A stretch of 64,000 bases of DNA from Octopus sinensis (lineage: Eukaryota), in the NCBI RefSeq assembly GCF_006345805.1, contig NC_043022.1, forward strand, positions 1,364,001 to 1,428,000, given 5' to 3'. Each line of letters opens with the position of its first letter. Positions within the stretch are counted from its first letter, which is position 1. Positions 12,520-25,157 of the stretch are shown piece by piece. Below the pieces are notes generated by a model that was given only the letters and a program-made list of their open reading frames with translations, made no database searches and was not told the origin of the DNA. The translations under genes were made by a program, and so were the position numbers.

Positions 12520-12925
12520 TGATGCCAGTGTCACATAACTGGTACCCCTGCCAGTGGCACATGAAAAAGCACCATTTAAGTGTTGGGCCTCATGGAGGCA
12601 ATGTAGCTGATGCTGGTGTCATGTAGCTGGCACCCCTGCCAGTGGCACATAAAAAGCACCATTTAATCGTTGGGCCTCATGGAGGCAATGTAGCCAGTGC
12701 TGGTATCATGTAGCTGGCACCCGTGCTGGTGGCACATGAAAAGCACCATTTAAGTGTTGGGCCTCATGGAGGCAATGTAGCCAGTGCTGGTATCATGTAG
12801 CTGGCACCCGTGCTGGTGGCACATGAAAAGTACCATTTAATCGTTGGGCCTCATGGAGGCAATGTAGCCGATGCCAGTGTCACATAACTGGCACCCATGC
12901 TGGTGGCTCATAAAAGCACCCATTG
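12520..12925. repeat. 87-bp tandem repeat, about 4.5 copies
   Basis: accattt(a) anchor at 12571, 12658, 12745, 12832, last partial unit at 12918. Confidence 0.9.
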
Positions 12926-13119
12926 CACTTTTGGAGTGGTTGGCGTTAGGAAGGGCATCCAGCTATAGAAAGAAACCATGCCAAATCAGACTGGAGTGTA
13001 GTGCAGCCCCTCAGCTTTCCAGCCTTGGTCAAACCATCCAACCCATGCCAGCATTGACAACAGATGTTAAATGATGATGACGATGATGATGCATCTTCTC
13101 CATCTACTATTCCCGAGAG

Positions 13120-13850
13120 GGTTGTGAGGGTAGAGACCTTGGGCACCTCCTCCATAGGATCTTAACAGATGCAACTGTCATTACAATTTCCAGATGGATT
13201 TCCAAGCATGACCAACTGGAACTAAGGATATTATCCAACTGTCTCATTTATGGTCCACTTCTAGGTTTCCTACCAGTTGACTCAACTCGAAGAATCTGTC
13301 TTGCAATTCTTCCCTGTGACATTCCAAAGGCGGCAAGCTGGCAGAAACGTTATCATGGCAGGCGAAATGCTTAGCGGTATTTTGTCTGTCTTTACGTTCT
13401 GAGTTCAAATTCCGCCGAGGTTGACTTTGCCTTTCATCCTTTCAGGGTCGATAAATTAAGTACCAGTTGAGTACTGGGGTTGATCTAATCGACGTCCCAC
13501 CTCTCCAAAAATTTCGGGCCTTGTGCCTAGAGCAGAAAGCAATTCTTCCCTGTGACATTCCAGTGATATGTCCATAGTACCTGACCTCTTAATGTGGAGA
13601 AGAATTGGCTTGGCCTGGAGAGACTCCCTAAAACTATGGATATTACCCAACCACCTCTGCCTTTGTCTACCCTTAGGTCTTCTGCCAGTTGGCTTGGCTT
13701 GAAGAACCCGTCTTGCGATTCCAATCACAGGTCTGTTGTACCAGAGCTATGATGTCTCAGTGCTGAAAAATAGCCATTTGTCCTGGAAGGATTCCTCGAT
13801 CCCTGAGCTATGCACCTTGTTGAGTAGCATTACTCCTGGGATCCTTTATG
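13120..13850 (-). mobile_element. Two RTE-like LINE 3' fragments, one interrupted by a SINE
   Basis: minus-strand remnants YGHITGMSQGRIARQILRVESTGRKPRSG and IARRVLQAKPTGRRPKGRQRQRW resemble the RTE ORF C-terminal GH..RM...R..GRP..RW motif. Confidence 0.7.
13327..13538 (+). mobile_element. tRNA-derived SINE, family A
   Basis: family A consensus; perfect 24-bp TSD gcaattcttccctgtgacattcca. Confidence 0.85.
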
Positions 13851-14791
13851 GGGAAACTCATTTTCCCTGCTTGTATTTACAATAATTTTCTTTCAGTTCT
13901 TATTCAACATAACGACCATAGGTGAGAATAGGCACAAAAACTGAATTGAATGTAGTGAAACTTAATCTTTTAGCATTTTAAACAGGACACATCCTGCCAA
14001 AATATTCTACTGGCTTTATGTTCAATGTGCCCAGATCTGGCCTCTTGCACCTACCCTGCAGGGCCATTCTAAAACTAAATGACCACATCATTGAAATCTC
14101 AAAGCTATGAGCTAAAGTATGATTAATTCAAAACACTATGAATGAATAAGCATTATACTTGACAGTAATTACGTTAAATATCTACCAAAAAAAGAAAGAA
14201 ATACAACCTTGTGGCCTATGCCAGGGGTGTAACCATCCCCTTATGCGTACCTTTCCTTCATTGAATACTAAACTCTGCTTGCGAAGACCTGTTGAGGCAA
14301 GGGAAATCGAAATCAAATTTGATGACTGGCATCCGTGCTAGTGGAGCGCTAAGAGTACCAATACGAGTGAGATCATTGCTAGAGTAACAAGCTGGTCTCT
14401 GTGCTGGTGGCACGTAAAAGGCACCATTTGAGTGTGATCATTACCTGCATCACCTTACTGGCACTTGTGCTGGTGGCACGTGAAAAAACATTTGAGCGAG
14501 TCGTTGCCAGTGCTGCTGGACTGACTCCTGTGCAGGTGGTACATAAAAAGCACCATTTGAGTGTGGCTGTTGCCAGAACCTCCTGACTGGCCCTCTTGCC
14601 AGTGGCACATAAAAACACCCACTACACTCTCGGAATGGTTGGTGTTAGAAAGGGCATCCAGCTGTAGAAACTATGCCAGATCAGATTGGAGTCTGGTGCA
14701 GCTATCTGGTTTGCCAGACCTCAGTGAAATTGCCCAACCCATGCCAGCATGGAAAGCGGATGTTAAACAATGATAATATATATATATAAAT

Positions 14792-14823
<32 letters not shown>

Positions 14824-16175
14824 ATATATATATATATATAGATATAATTCAAAACATGTCTGGATTAACCAGTTGTGTATGTATGTATGTGTGTACATAT
14901 ATATATATGTATATAAATTTAAAAATAAGGATAAAATCTTTATAAGAAGTTAAGTAGTTTTGACTGCAAAAGTCCCTTCTAGCGTGCAGTACCTATGAAT
15001 AATAGTACCCTCTATATAATATATATATATAATGGAGAAATTATACAAAATGTATAAATGGATGATGAGTAAAGCATTGGCACAGTTTTGACGTGGTTTT
15101 TACAGCTGGATGCCCTTCCAAATGCCAACCACTTCACAGTGTGGGCTGGATGCTTTTTATGTGGCACCAGCACTGGCAGAGTCAGCAAGTAACTCGCAAG
15201 ACAAGGAATTATGAGAGGAGCAGGGGCACTTGAAGAATTGTCTAGGAATCCCTAAGTCGGAAAAAGTATACATTTGTATATTTGTCAGTAGAGTTGGTAT
15301 ATAGTAGTATATCATGTGATCACGTGACCGACCAGACCATCAGATGTTGTTACACATCGCTGGTCACAATGCGTTCGCATTGTTTTAGCCTTCGAATGAC
15401 GCCACCCCGCTGGCTAAGCGAGCAGGCCAACAGAAGAAAGAGTGGGAGAAAGAGTGGTGAAAGAGTACAGCAGGGATCACCACACCCTGCCGGAGCCTCG
15501 TGGAGCTTTTAGGTGTTTTCGCTCAATAAACACACACAACGCCCGGTCTGGAAATCGAAACCGCGATCCTGCGACCACAAGTCCGCTGCCCTAACCACTA
15601 GGCCATTGCGCCTCCATAGTAGTATATAGTAGTGCACAGGCGAGGCTGGCAACGGCTACGAACGGATGGTGCTTTTTGTTCTTAAGAATGTTATGTTGTA
15701 GTTTGTTTGTTATTCATGAGATTCTATTCCACACGTTTCTGTCACATTCTTGAACATGACTAACTTGAAGAATGTGATATAAACAAAAGATTTTTCCACG
15801 ACAGCAGAATGAAATCTCAGGTTTTGAATAATGCGTGTTGTATGTGTATGTGTAGCCACCTGCTGGCAATTTTTTTATGACTTCTAAGGGAGAATACCCA
15901 ATCTTTCTCTGCTATTTTCACAACTATGCTGCGTTTGAAATTTACTTTTTTGTCTGTAAAATATATGTATGTGTGAGAGAGTGTGTGTTGATGTATGCAG
16001 GGGATCTGGTGTACCCAGACTGCCTACATACATTAATGGATATATATATGTATGTGTGTGTGTGTGTATACATATACACTACCAATACCAAGATCATAAC
16101 AGTTTTATCTGAAGATCACAATGGCATGAAACTAGTCATAAGATAAACTCTCAGGATCAGTTTTAATAAAACACT

Positions 16176-16202
<27 letters not shown>

Positions 16203-16210
<8 letters not shown>

Positions 16211-16397
16211 TACTGAAAAGTTTCTGGCTTGGAGGCCCACCCTGCTGAGTTCTTTTACAGGGCTTAGAAAAAACTGAAGGACCACTGCAATAAGTGTGTG
16301 AATCCGAGAGGGGAATAAGTTGAATAAAATCATAATTAACTGATTCTCCTGTATTTTCTTTTACCCAAAACCTGGAACTTTTTGGCACCGCCTCATG
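16203..16397. mobile_element. mariner-type MITE (same family as 11521-11737, opposite orientation)
   Basis: cgagggggtactgaaaagttt start; internal sequence is the reverse complement of the 11521 copy. Confidence 0.7.
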
Positions 16398-16665
16398 TAT
16401 ATATATATATGTGTATATATCATGCTAGCATGGAAAGCGGACGTTAAACGATGATGATGATGATATATACATATATATATATATACAAGAGGAGGTGCCA
16501 AAATGGTTAACCATTCGACTAATATATATATGTAAATAGTAAGGGATTACCCTAAACATTTACCAGTTCACTCTCAGTGTAGGTCTATGTAAAGCTGTGT
16601 ATATATATATAAAGTATTAAAGGTAATGCTATGCAGCTTCATAATAATCCTTATTATTATTGTTG

Positions 16666-16704
<39 letters not shown>

Positions 16705-17994
16705 ATCCATTTATTTTTTTGCTTTTTGTTTTATCATATTTTATTCTTTGACGCTTTTTGTTAGCATATTTCTGTTGAAATACCTGGGTTTTGTTTCAGT
16801 TTTCCAGTTAACTTTGAAAATAATAAAGGATCTAATAAAATAGCTTTGTCCTTATTAAGTGATGTTTGGAGCATAAATCAACATGACACTAACTCTGATA
16901 GAAGGTTTTAGCTTTTGATCACTTGAAAACAAAGAGTTCGTATCCTAGAGTCAGGGGCAGTCCCAGGTGGGTTAGGATCAAAAAGGTTACATTAAATTTT
17001 ATTTTGCTACAGTAAACTAATTTTTGCATGTGTTGGTTATTGTAATTTTTTTTTCTTTAGTTTATAATTTTGAGGACACACCTTCAACATGGCTGGCCTG
17101 AGAATTGGTTGGGTCTAAAATTAAGGGGTTTTCAGAATTGTTGGTGTAAATGCCTTTATGTATCCTAACCTTAGATTTTTCATCTTTGCAAGGCAACAGT
17201 TATTATTTTCTTGCTTCAGTGCTAACACACACACACACACACACGTATGTGTGTATATATATAAGTATATATATATCTTGTTTCAGTCACTAGACTGTGG
17301 CCATGCTGGGGCACTGCCTTGAAGAAATTTTACTGAAATGTGTCAACCCCAGTACTTTTTTTAAAGCCTGGTACTAATTTTATTAGTCTCCATTGCTGAA
17401 CTGCGAAGTTACACACCAACGTAAATTGTCAAGTGGTGGTTGGGGACAAGGACAGACACGAGGATACACACACACACAACAAGCTTCTTTCAGTTTCCAT
17501 CTACCAAATCCACTCACAAGGCATTGGTTGGCCTGAGGCTATAGCAGAAGACACTTACTCAAGGTGCCACACAGTGGGACTGAACCTGGACCCACATGGT
17601 TGGGAAGCAAACTTCTTATCAAACAGCCTTACCTTTTTGTGTTTGGTTTGGAAGATTCTTGATTTGAACTCGTGTTTTGAAACATGTTTTGCTGCATTTT
17701 GTGTTGGTCATTATGCCAATAATAAATACATACACACACACTGGTTATATATCACTTCTTTTATTATTATTAGTTGGTGTAATGGTTAACCAATTGACTA
17801 ATAATGATGGTAAAACAAATTAAATTGAACCTATGTATGTGTGTGTTTTATTGGCATGGTGATCCTCCCTGGATGCAACAATATATATATTCTTTTATTG
17901 TGTCAGTCATTTGACTGTGGCCATGCTGGGGCAATACTCACATGCTACCATCTCTAACACTTTCAACTACTCATCTACATACACACACACACAT

Positions 17995-18180
17995 ACTATC
18001 ATCATCTCCATTTTCCCACACTTGCATGGCACCTAACCACTTGTTGCTGTCCTTTGACCCCGAGATTAGATTCCAAAGCTTCTTCCCATGTCTTTTTCGG
18101 TCTTTCCCATCTGCGGGTCCTTTCTGCCTTGATTCCTTGGCATCTCTTTACACAACCGTTTACAACTTTTACTTGTTTTA
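17995..18180 (-). mobile_element. RTE-like LINE 3' fragment
   Basis: RRWERPKKTWEEALESNLG...VGKWR resembles RGRPKKTW.E.V..DL...DR..WR; similar fragment near 21700-21950. Confidence 0.5.
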
Positions 18181-18851
18181 GACATTGGGCTGCGGCCATA
18201 CTGGGGCACTGCCTCGACGACTTCAGTCCAACAAATTGACACCAGTACTTTTGCTTTTAAAGTTTCATACTCATTCTGTTGCTATCTTTTTGCCAAACCG
18301 CTAAGATTGGGGACATAAACAAACCAACACCAGTTGCCAAGTGGTGGTGATGGTGGACAAACAAACAGAAAGACACAAACACATAGATATATACATGTAT
18401 GTATACTTTCTCATACACACACACATGGTAAGCTTTCACACATTTTCTGTCTCTGAGATATGAAACTCACTCACAAAGCTTTGACTGGCTTGAGTCTGCA
18501 GAAGACATTTGCCTAAGGTACCATGCAGTGGGACTGAACCCTGAAGATGGTAACTGAGAAACAAACTTCTTACCAAACACCCATGCCCTTGATATAAATC
18601 CATCACATGTCCATATGAACTTGGTCTTCTTTTTCTTGTGTATTACTTCTGACTTGTGTATTATTTCTTGTTTTCTCTATAAAAAACAAGAATTTTCAAA
18701 CTCCAGTCAGAAGCAAGACAGTTAGTTGCAGCATAGTCTTACATCTTTCTATCTCACTTAACTTTTGAAAATCAGAAAAATCTGTGAAACTGGTTAAACC
18801 TTTAAAAATAAAACATCTAGAACTCCCCAAGTGCATTTTTCAATTTTATTT

Positions 18852-18889
<38 letters not shown>

Positions 18890-18902
18890 GTATATATATA
18901 TG

Positions 18903-19195
18903 CGGAGGCGCAATGGCCCAGTGGTTAGGGCAACGGACTCGCGGTTTCGATTCCTAGACCGGGTGTAGTGTGTGTTTATTGAGCGAAAACACCTAAAATG
19001 CTCCATGAGGCTCCGGCAGGGGGTGGTGATCCCTGCTGTACTCTTTTACCACTCCTCCTCTCACTCTTTCTTCTGTTGGCCTGCTCGCTTAGCCAGCGGG
19101 GTGGCGTCATTCGAAGGCTAAAACATGCGAACGCATTGTAACCAGTGATGTGTAACAACATCTGATGGTCTGGTCGGTCACGTGATCACGTGAAC
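18903..19195 (+). mobile_element. tRNA-derived SINE, family C head with alternative tail 2
   Basis: same 5' half as family C, different 3' half ending ggtcacgtgatcac; copies at 15315-15615(-) and about 30400-30698(-). Confidence 0.8.
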
Positions 19196-19209
19196 ATAAT
19201 AATAATATA

Positions 19210-19242
<33 letters not shown>

Positions 19243-19753
19243 TATTAATAGACACAATACCGTTTTTATTGTTACTAATAGTTTTCTGTATTGAGAACAT
19301 GTCAAATAATAAACATGTGTAACATCTCCATGCAGTCATCAAGCACAAACCACATAGTGTAATAGACTAAAAATTGAATGAGAGAAGAAACGTGAAAAGT
19401 TGAGAAGGAAAGTTAAAAAGCAGAAAGTGATAAAGTAATTAGAAATAAGTAGAATGGTAAAAGAATTATCTCCCTTAGACCTTAAATTATAAGGCTGGAA
19501 AAAAGAGGGACAAGTTAATCAGGTAATGGCAGAATTTTCCAGTCCTTCAAAAAGAACCTAGGCATATGTTTATAACTGTTATGCCATGTGGGCAGTGTCT
19601 GATGATTGTACTAGGATGCCAGGTATGTTAAAAACACTGTTTGGCATGCTCTCAGCATATGAAACTAATAGTAGCACATAAATACATATATTATGTTTAT
19701 CTCTTACCAGATGGAAAACTATTTTTTGTTGCTCTTACCATCACAAAACAGTA

Positions 19754-19803
<50 letters not shown>

Positions 19804-20040
19804 CTCACTTATCAGTGTGTGACACCTCTCCTTGCCATGGATTCACATTTTCAAGAAAATGAGAGAAACAGTGTTTCACATTTGAACTTGGAACAATGTT
19901 GACAACAGGTTTAAGTGAAATTTTTCCTTCTACTCCTGCACGTCCTCTTAGTTCATTAAATCTTTTGTTTCCTTCAACTACCCCTATCACCTCATCTTTT
20001 TGTTATTTTACTGGTCATGCTGGGGGCACTACATTCTAGA

Positions 20041-20409
20041 GTGGAGGCACAATGGCCCAGTGGTTAGGGCAGCGGACTCGCGGTTTCGATTCCCAGACCG
20101 GGCGTTGTGAGTGTTTATTGAGTGAAAACACCTAAAGCTCCACAAGGCTCCGGCAGGGGATGGTGGTGATCCCTGCTGTACTCTTTCATCACAACTTTCT
20201 CTCACTCTTACTTCCTGTTTCTGTTGTACCTGTATTTCAAAGGGCCGGCCTTGTCACTCTCTGTGTCACGCTGAATATCCCCGAGAACTATGTTAAGGGT
20301 ACACTTGTCTGTGGAGTGCTCAGCCACTTACACGTTAATTTCACGAGCAGGCTGTTCCATTGATTCGGATCAACCGGAACCCTCGTCGTCGTAACCGACG
20401 GAGTGCTTC
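20041..20409 (+). mobile_element. tRNA-derived SINE, family C (tail 1)
   Basis: tggcccagtggttaggg A-box, ggtttcgattccc B-box; 13-bp TSD cactacattctag; copies at 27857-28232(-), 32378-32760(-), 49792-50176(-). Confidence 0.85.
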
Positions 20410-21416
20410 CACTACATTCTAGGGTTTATATCAACCCTAGGGGTTTGTCTGGTCTGTTTTATTGGCCTTTTCATGTGAGAAAAGTGATTTTGATCTGAAC
20501 AAAATATCAACACCATATTTCTGTTTGATGTACCAGTTCTGAGCCTTCTTGCTCAGAATTCATACACAAGCCATAGCTGTGTGGTTAAGAAGTTAGTTTC
20601 TTAACCAAATGGTTTCAGGTTCAGTTCCACTGTGCGGCACTTTGGAAAAGTGTCTTTTCTGTTGCTCCAAGACAACTGGTTCCTTGTGAATGAATTTGGT
20701 AGATGGAAACTTCACGAAGCACTTTACTTTGTTTGTCAATATTTACATTCAGTGCTTTGCAACAAACAGTAAACTTTGTTAATGATTCTCTGTCAAGGAA
20801 TCATTCATTAACTCTGCGTTTTTAATGATGTGTGGAATAAAGAAATCCTTTTCTTGAAAAACAGGTAAGGGTTAGTGACAGGAAAGGCATCTGACTATAA
20901 AACAAAACAATACCTAAATTATATATATTTGTCCAGGTGATGTTAGCTTTGAAAACAAGTTTTAACATGAAAAATTGTGTGTGTTTAGCTTTTATCTTTT
21001 GCTTGTTTCAATCATTAGACTGTGGCCATGCTGGGGCACTGCCTTGTAGAATTTTTAGTTGAATGAATTGATCCCAGTTCTGTTTTTCTTTTTGCTGAGC
21101 TTATTACTTATTCTATCAGTCTGAACCACTAAGTTATGGGGACACAAACACACCAACACTGGTTGACAAGTGATGGCTTCTTTCAATTTCCATCTGCCAG
21201 ATCCACTCAAAGGCTTTGGTCAACCCAAGACTATAAAAGACTCTTGGCCAAGGTGCCTTGCAGTGGGACTGAACCATGTGATTAGGAAGCAAGCTTCTTG
21301 CTACATAGCCATGCCTGCATGCATGCACGCACACACACACACACACAAATGCACCCAGTGCACACTGTAAAGTTATTGGCAGTAGGAAGGGTGTCTATAT
21401 ATATATATAAAAAAAA

Positions 21417-21650
21417 GGCGGCAAGCTGGCAGAATCGTTAGCACGCCGGGCGAAATGCGTAGCCGTATTTCGTCTGCCGTTACGTGTTCTGGGTTCATAT
21501 TCCGCCAAGGTCGACTTTGCCTTTCATCCTTTCGGGGTCGATAAAAAAAAGTACCAGTTACGTTCTGGGGTCGATGTAATTGACTTAATCCCTTTGTCTG
21601 TCCTTGTTTGTCCCCTCTATGTTTAGCCCCTTGTGGGTAGTAAAGAAATA
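21417..21650 (+). mobile_element. tRNA-derived SINE, family A
   Basis: near-identical to 8068-8294; further copies at about 36148-36380(-), 46826-47050(-), 54587-54816(+). Confidence 0.85.
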
Positions 21651-22448
21651 TATATATATAAAGAAAAAAGGGGTGGCCATAGGAACCACGCCAAGACTGA
21701 AATATTGTAATGAGACATGGTCCTTTAACCTCTCAGAACCTGTAGAACTCTTCAACCCTTTCCCGCATGGAAATTGAACCTAAAATAATAACGATGGGGA
21801 TGACATGTGCATCAGGTGTGCTTTTCCGCAGCTTCCATCTCCCTAATTTCCTCCTTAAGATCCTCTGTAAAATGTCGATGTTTCTTTTAAAAAATTGTTC
21901 TACAGCTTTTAATGGTGTCATGCAATCTTAAGAAGATCTGTGTAAACCTGAAGAATTTAATGGAATGTTGTTGTTGTTTTTTTTTTCCCTTCTGAATAGC
22001 TACAGACATGATTTTAACATGACTCGCTCACAAGAAGAGCTTCTCAGTTACTCCCTGTCTATATATAAATATGTATGTATACAAATGTGTGTGTATATAT
22101 GTACATATACATAGGCTGGTACACATACAGTCACACATACACAAATCTCTAACTGTATATGTCCGCTGCCTCTCTGTCTTTCTCTGTCTCTTTCCATATG
22201 TGTGTGTTTGTGTGTGTTTATATATATATATATGTATGTATATATCTTGAAATGGCAATCTGTATGTTTTATTGAATGTGGATGTATTTTAGAAAGCCCC
22301 ATAACTGCAGTTTTCATCTCGAGAAAGCTTTACACACAGACCAATACCACAATTGTGTTGCTTTGTACTGTATATCCATATTAAGTAAGATATATAGAAT
22401 GCTATTTTGAAACAGGTAAAACTACTCTTTTGTTGCCAACAACAAATA

Positions 22449-22479
<31 letters not shown>

Positions 22480-22853
22480 TATGGGTGGCTAATTCATGGT
22501 TTTACAACCTAAGGTAGAAATGTATACAACAAAGTGAACAAAGGGCACTAGTCAGCACTAGTATTGCTAGAAATAAGAGTCAAAACAACTCAATCACAGA
22601 AGCACTATCTTAATGAGCTGACAAGGGAGACAACCTCCCTGTCTGCGACTGTAGGAAGATAGTGTTTCTGTGGCTATTGAGTTTTTTTGACTCTTATTTC
22701 TAGCAAATTTCTAGCAATACTGGTGCTGATTGGTGCCCTCTGTTCACTTTAGTGATGTGTGTATATATAAGTAAAACACAAGAAAAAATCAACAATGCGA
22801 GGACGTGGTACATGCAAAGTATTAACAGATGCTCAGGGAAGGAAAGAAAGGTG

Positions 22854-22888
22854 GTTTTACGTTTCGAGCAAAGCTCTTCGTCAGAAAC
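22854..22888 (-). ncRNA. Minimal type-I hammerhead ribozyme-like motif
   Basis: minus strand gttt CTGACGA a gagc-ttt-gctc GAAAC GTA aaac: intact core boxes, 4-bp stems I and II, palindromic ACGT helix III. Confidence 0.55.
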
Positions 22889-22984
22889 AGAAGACAGGAA
22901 AGTCCAAAAGAAAAGGAAGACAGGGGAAGAAATTCAACAATCCGCATGTAGTTACATTTTGAAATGTGTGTGTATTTGTGTGTA

Positions 22985-23059
<75 letters not shown>

Positions 23060-23154
23060 AAATGTTAAATGATGAAAATGGGTGCTCAACGCTGCGTTGG
23101 TGGATAGAATTTCTTTATTTGTGTATTAAGGCTACCATTGGTTTCACGTTAAGA

Positions 23155-23214
<60 letters not shown>

Positions 23215-23539
23215 GTAAATTTATACAGCATGAAGGTAGGAAAAAAAAAAAGATTTAATTCTTTCTGCACCGGTACCAGCTTTAAGTTGCTGGGTTTTCA
23301 TTCATACACTATTATATAAAAATCATTTGATAGACAATTACATAAATAAATATGATTCAGCAACGACTGTGCTTCATCAAGTAGAATGCTTTTTAACGCA
23401 CTGCCAGATCTCTTTGTGTTTCCTCTCTCATACGAGTAACTGCTGTAGCAGAAACACGTGTAGGTCGTTATAACATGCTGTGCATAACTATAAAATATAT
23501 TTTGCGGATGTACAAGTTCTCTGTATTCTTTATAATTAA

Positions 23540-23960
23540 CTAGCAGTATCGCCCGGCGTTGCTCGGGTTTGTAAGGGAAATAACTATAAAGCATTTTTAG
23601 AGAGTTATAGCCAAAAATAGCAAAAAATGCATTAAAAATGGAAAAATATGATGGTAAATTTTTTTTTAAATCGTTGACTCATCGTAGACATTTTTAGAGA
23701 GTTACTTCCCTTTAAAAAATATGCATGGAAATGGAAAAAAATGATGGTAAATTATTTTTAAAATCGTAGACTCATCGTAGACAAGCGCTAATACTCAGAA
23801 GGGCTCGATATGAATCACGACTATAAGATACCTGGTTTTGGTTAAACTGCATCGCAAAATGTGGGAGTAGTTAGGAAACTACTAAACTAGTTAGGAAACT
23901 AGTTAGGAAACTACTAAATCGGAGTAGACAGACACACAACTTCACTTTTATATATAAAGA
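23540..23960 (-). mobile_element. Non-autonomous Helitron
   Basis: minus strand: A|TCtttatatataaaagtgaagttg ... cccgagcaacgccggg hairpin, CTAG|T. Confidence 0.8.
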
Positions 23961-24153
23961 TATATGCTCCAGACAACTTTTACCATCCAGGGAAGAGTAC
24001 ACAGACTTACCCATCAGAAGAATTCATGGAGTGACTAACAAATTGTAGTGACAGATGTTAGACATTGATTGTTGTGGATAGCCATTAACTGGAACCTAAC
24101 TGAGGGCTAATACTGTATCCGCTCGCATATTTCCTTCTAAACTTACTTTTATG

Positions 24154-24189
<36 letters not shown>

Positions 24190-25157
24190 TGAAGACACAT
24201 GGCTTAGTGGTTAAGGGTATTGCACTCACAATTGCGAGATTGTGGATTCGATTCCCGACCGGGCGTCATGTTGTGTTCTTGAGCTTAGCACTTCCTTTCA
24301 CATTGCTCTGCGACCATTTCATCATCAGACATGTGGCATATGGTGCACCTGTACAGGTAATGTTGGTTTGATGGAGGGAAGGAGAGAGCTTATGTGGACA
24401 CAAACATTTGATCACTATAAACAAATCATCTGTGCTGTGTGGTTGTTCGGTAAGAAATTGCCAAACCCTCATATGTTGTCTAACGATGGAAGAGTCCATG
24501 ATATATATATATACACATACACACATGTACATTATATATATATCTTTTATCTTTTACTTGTTTCAGTCATTTGACTGCGGCCTTGCTGGAGCACTGCCTT
24601 TAGTCGAGCAAATCGACCCCGGGACTTATTCTTTGTAAGCCCAGTACTTATTCTATCGGTCTCTTTTTGCCGAACCGCTAAGTGACGGGGACATAAACAC
24701 ACCAGCATCGGTTGTCAAGCAATGCTTGGGGGACAAACACAAACACACAAACACACACGCATACATATATATATATACATATATACGACAAGCTTCTTTC
24801 AGTTTCCGTCTACCAAATCCACTCACAAGGCATTGGTCGGCCCGGGGCTATAGCAGAAGACACTTGCCCAAGATGCCACACAGTGGGACTGAACCCGGAA
24901 CCATGTGGTATATAATATAGGTAGTTAGATTAATCCCAGCTGTTCTGCTTGAAGCCCATCTGCTTACTCTGTTATTACAATCCTATATGTAGTCTCAGTT
25001 GCTGCTTTACATTCGTCAAAATACATATTAAAATTGAGAATTATGGAAATATTATTTACAGAGTTTTTGTATAACAACACAGGAAATTGGGAATGTTTTG
25101 GTGTTATTTACTGGTGAATAAATAATGCCAAAAAATTTCCTGTTTGTTATATATATA

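Noticed and set aside
12520-12925. Regular repeats superficially like a CRISPR array
   Set aside because: No unique spacers, eukaryotic context, no cas genes; simple tandem repeat.
18743-18781. Minus-strand 39-nt AG/GTAAGA-bounded open segment (DFSDFQKLSEIER), plus a 15-nt one near 35113-35127
   Set aside because: Isolated, with no partner exons or homology; the 35.1-kb site is better explained by the + strand candidate.
20041-20110. SINE heads as functional tRNA genes
   Set aside because: They have A/B boxes but no complete cloverleaf, and continue into multi-copy SINE bodies with TSDs.
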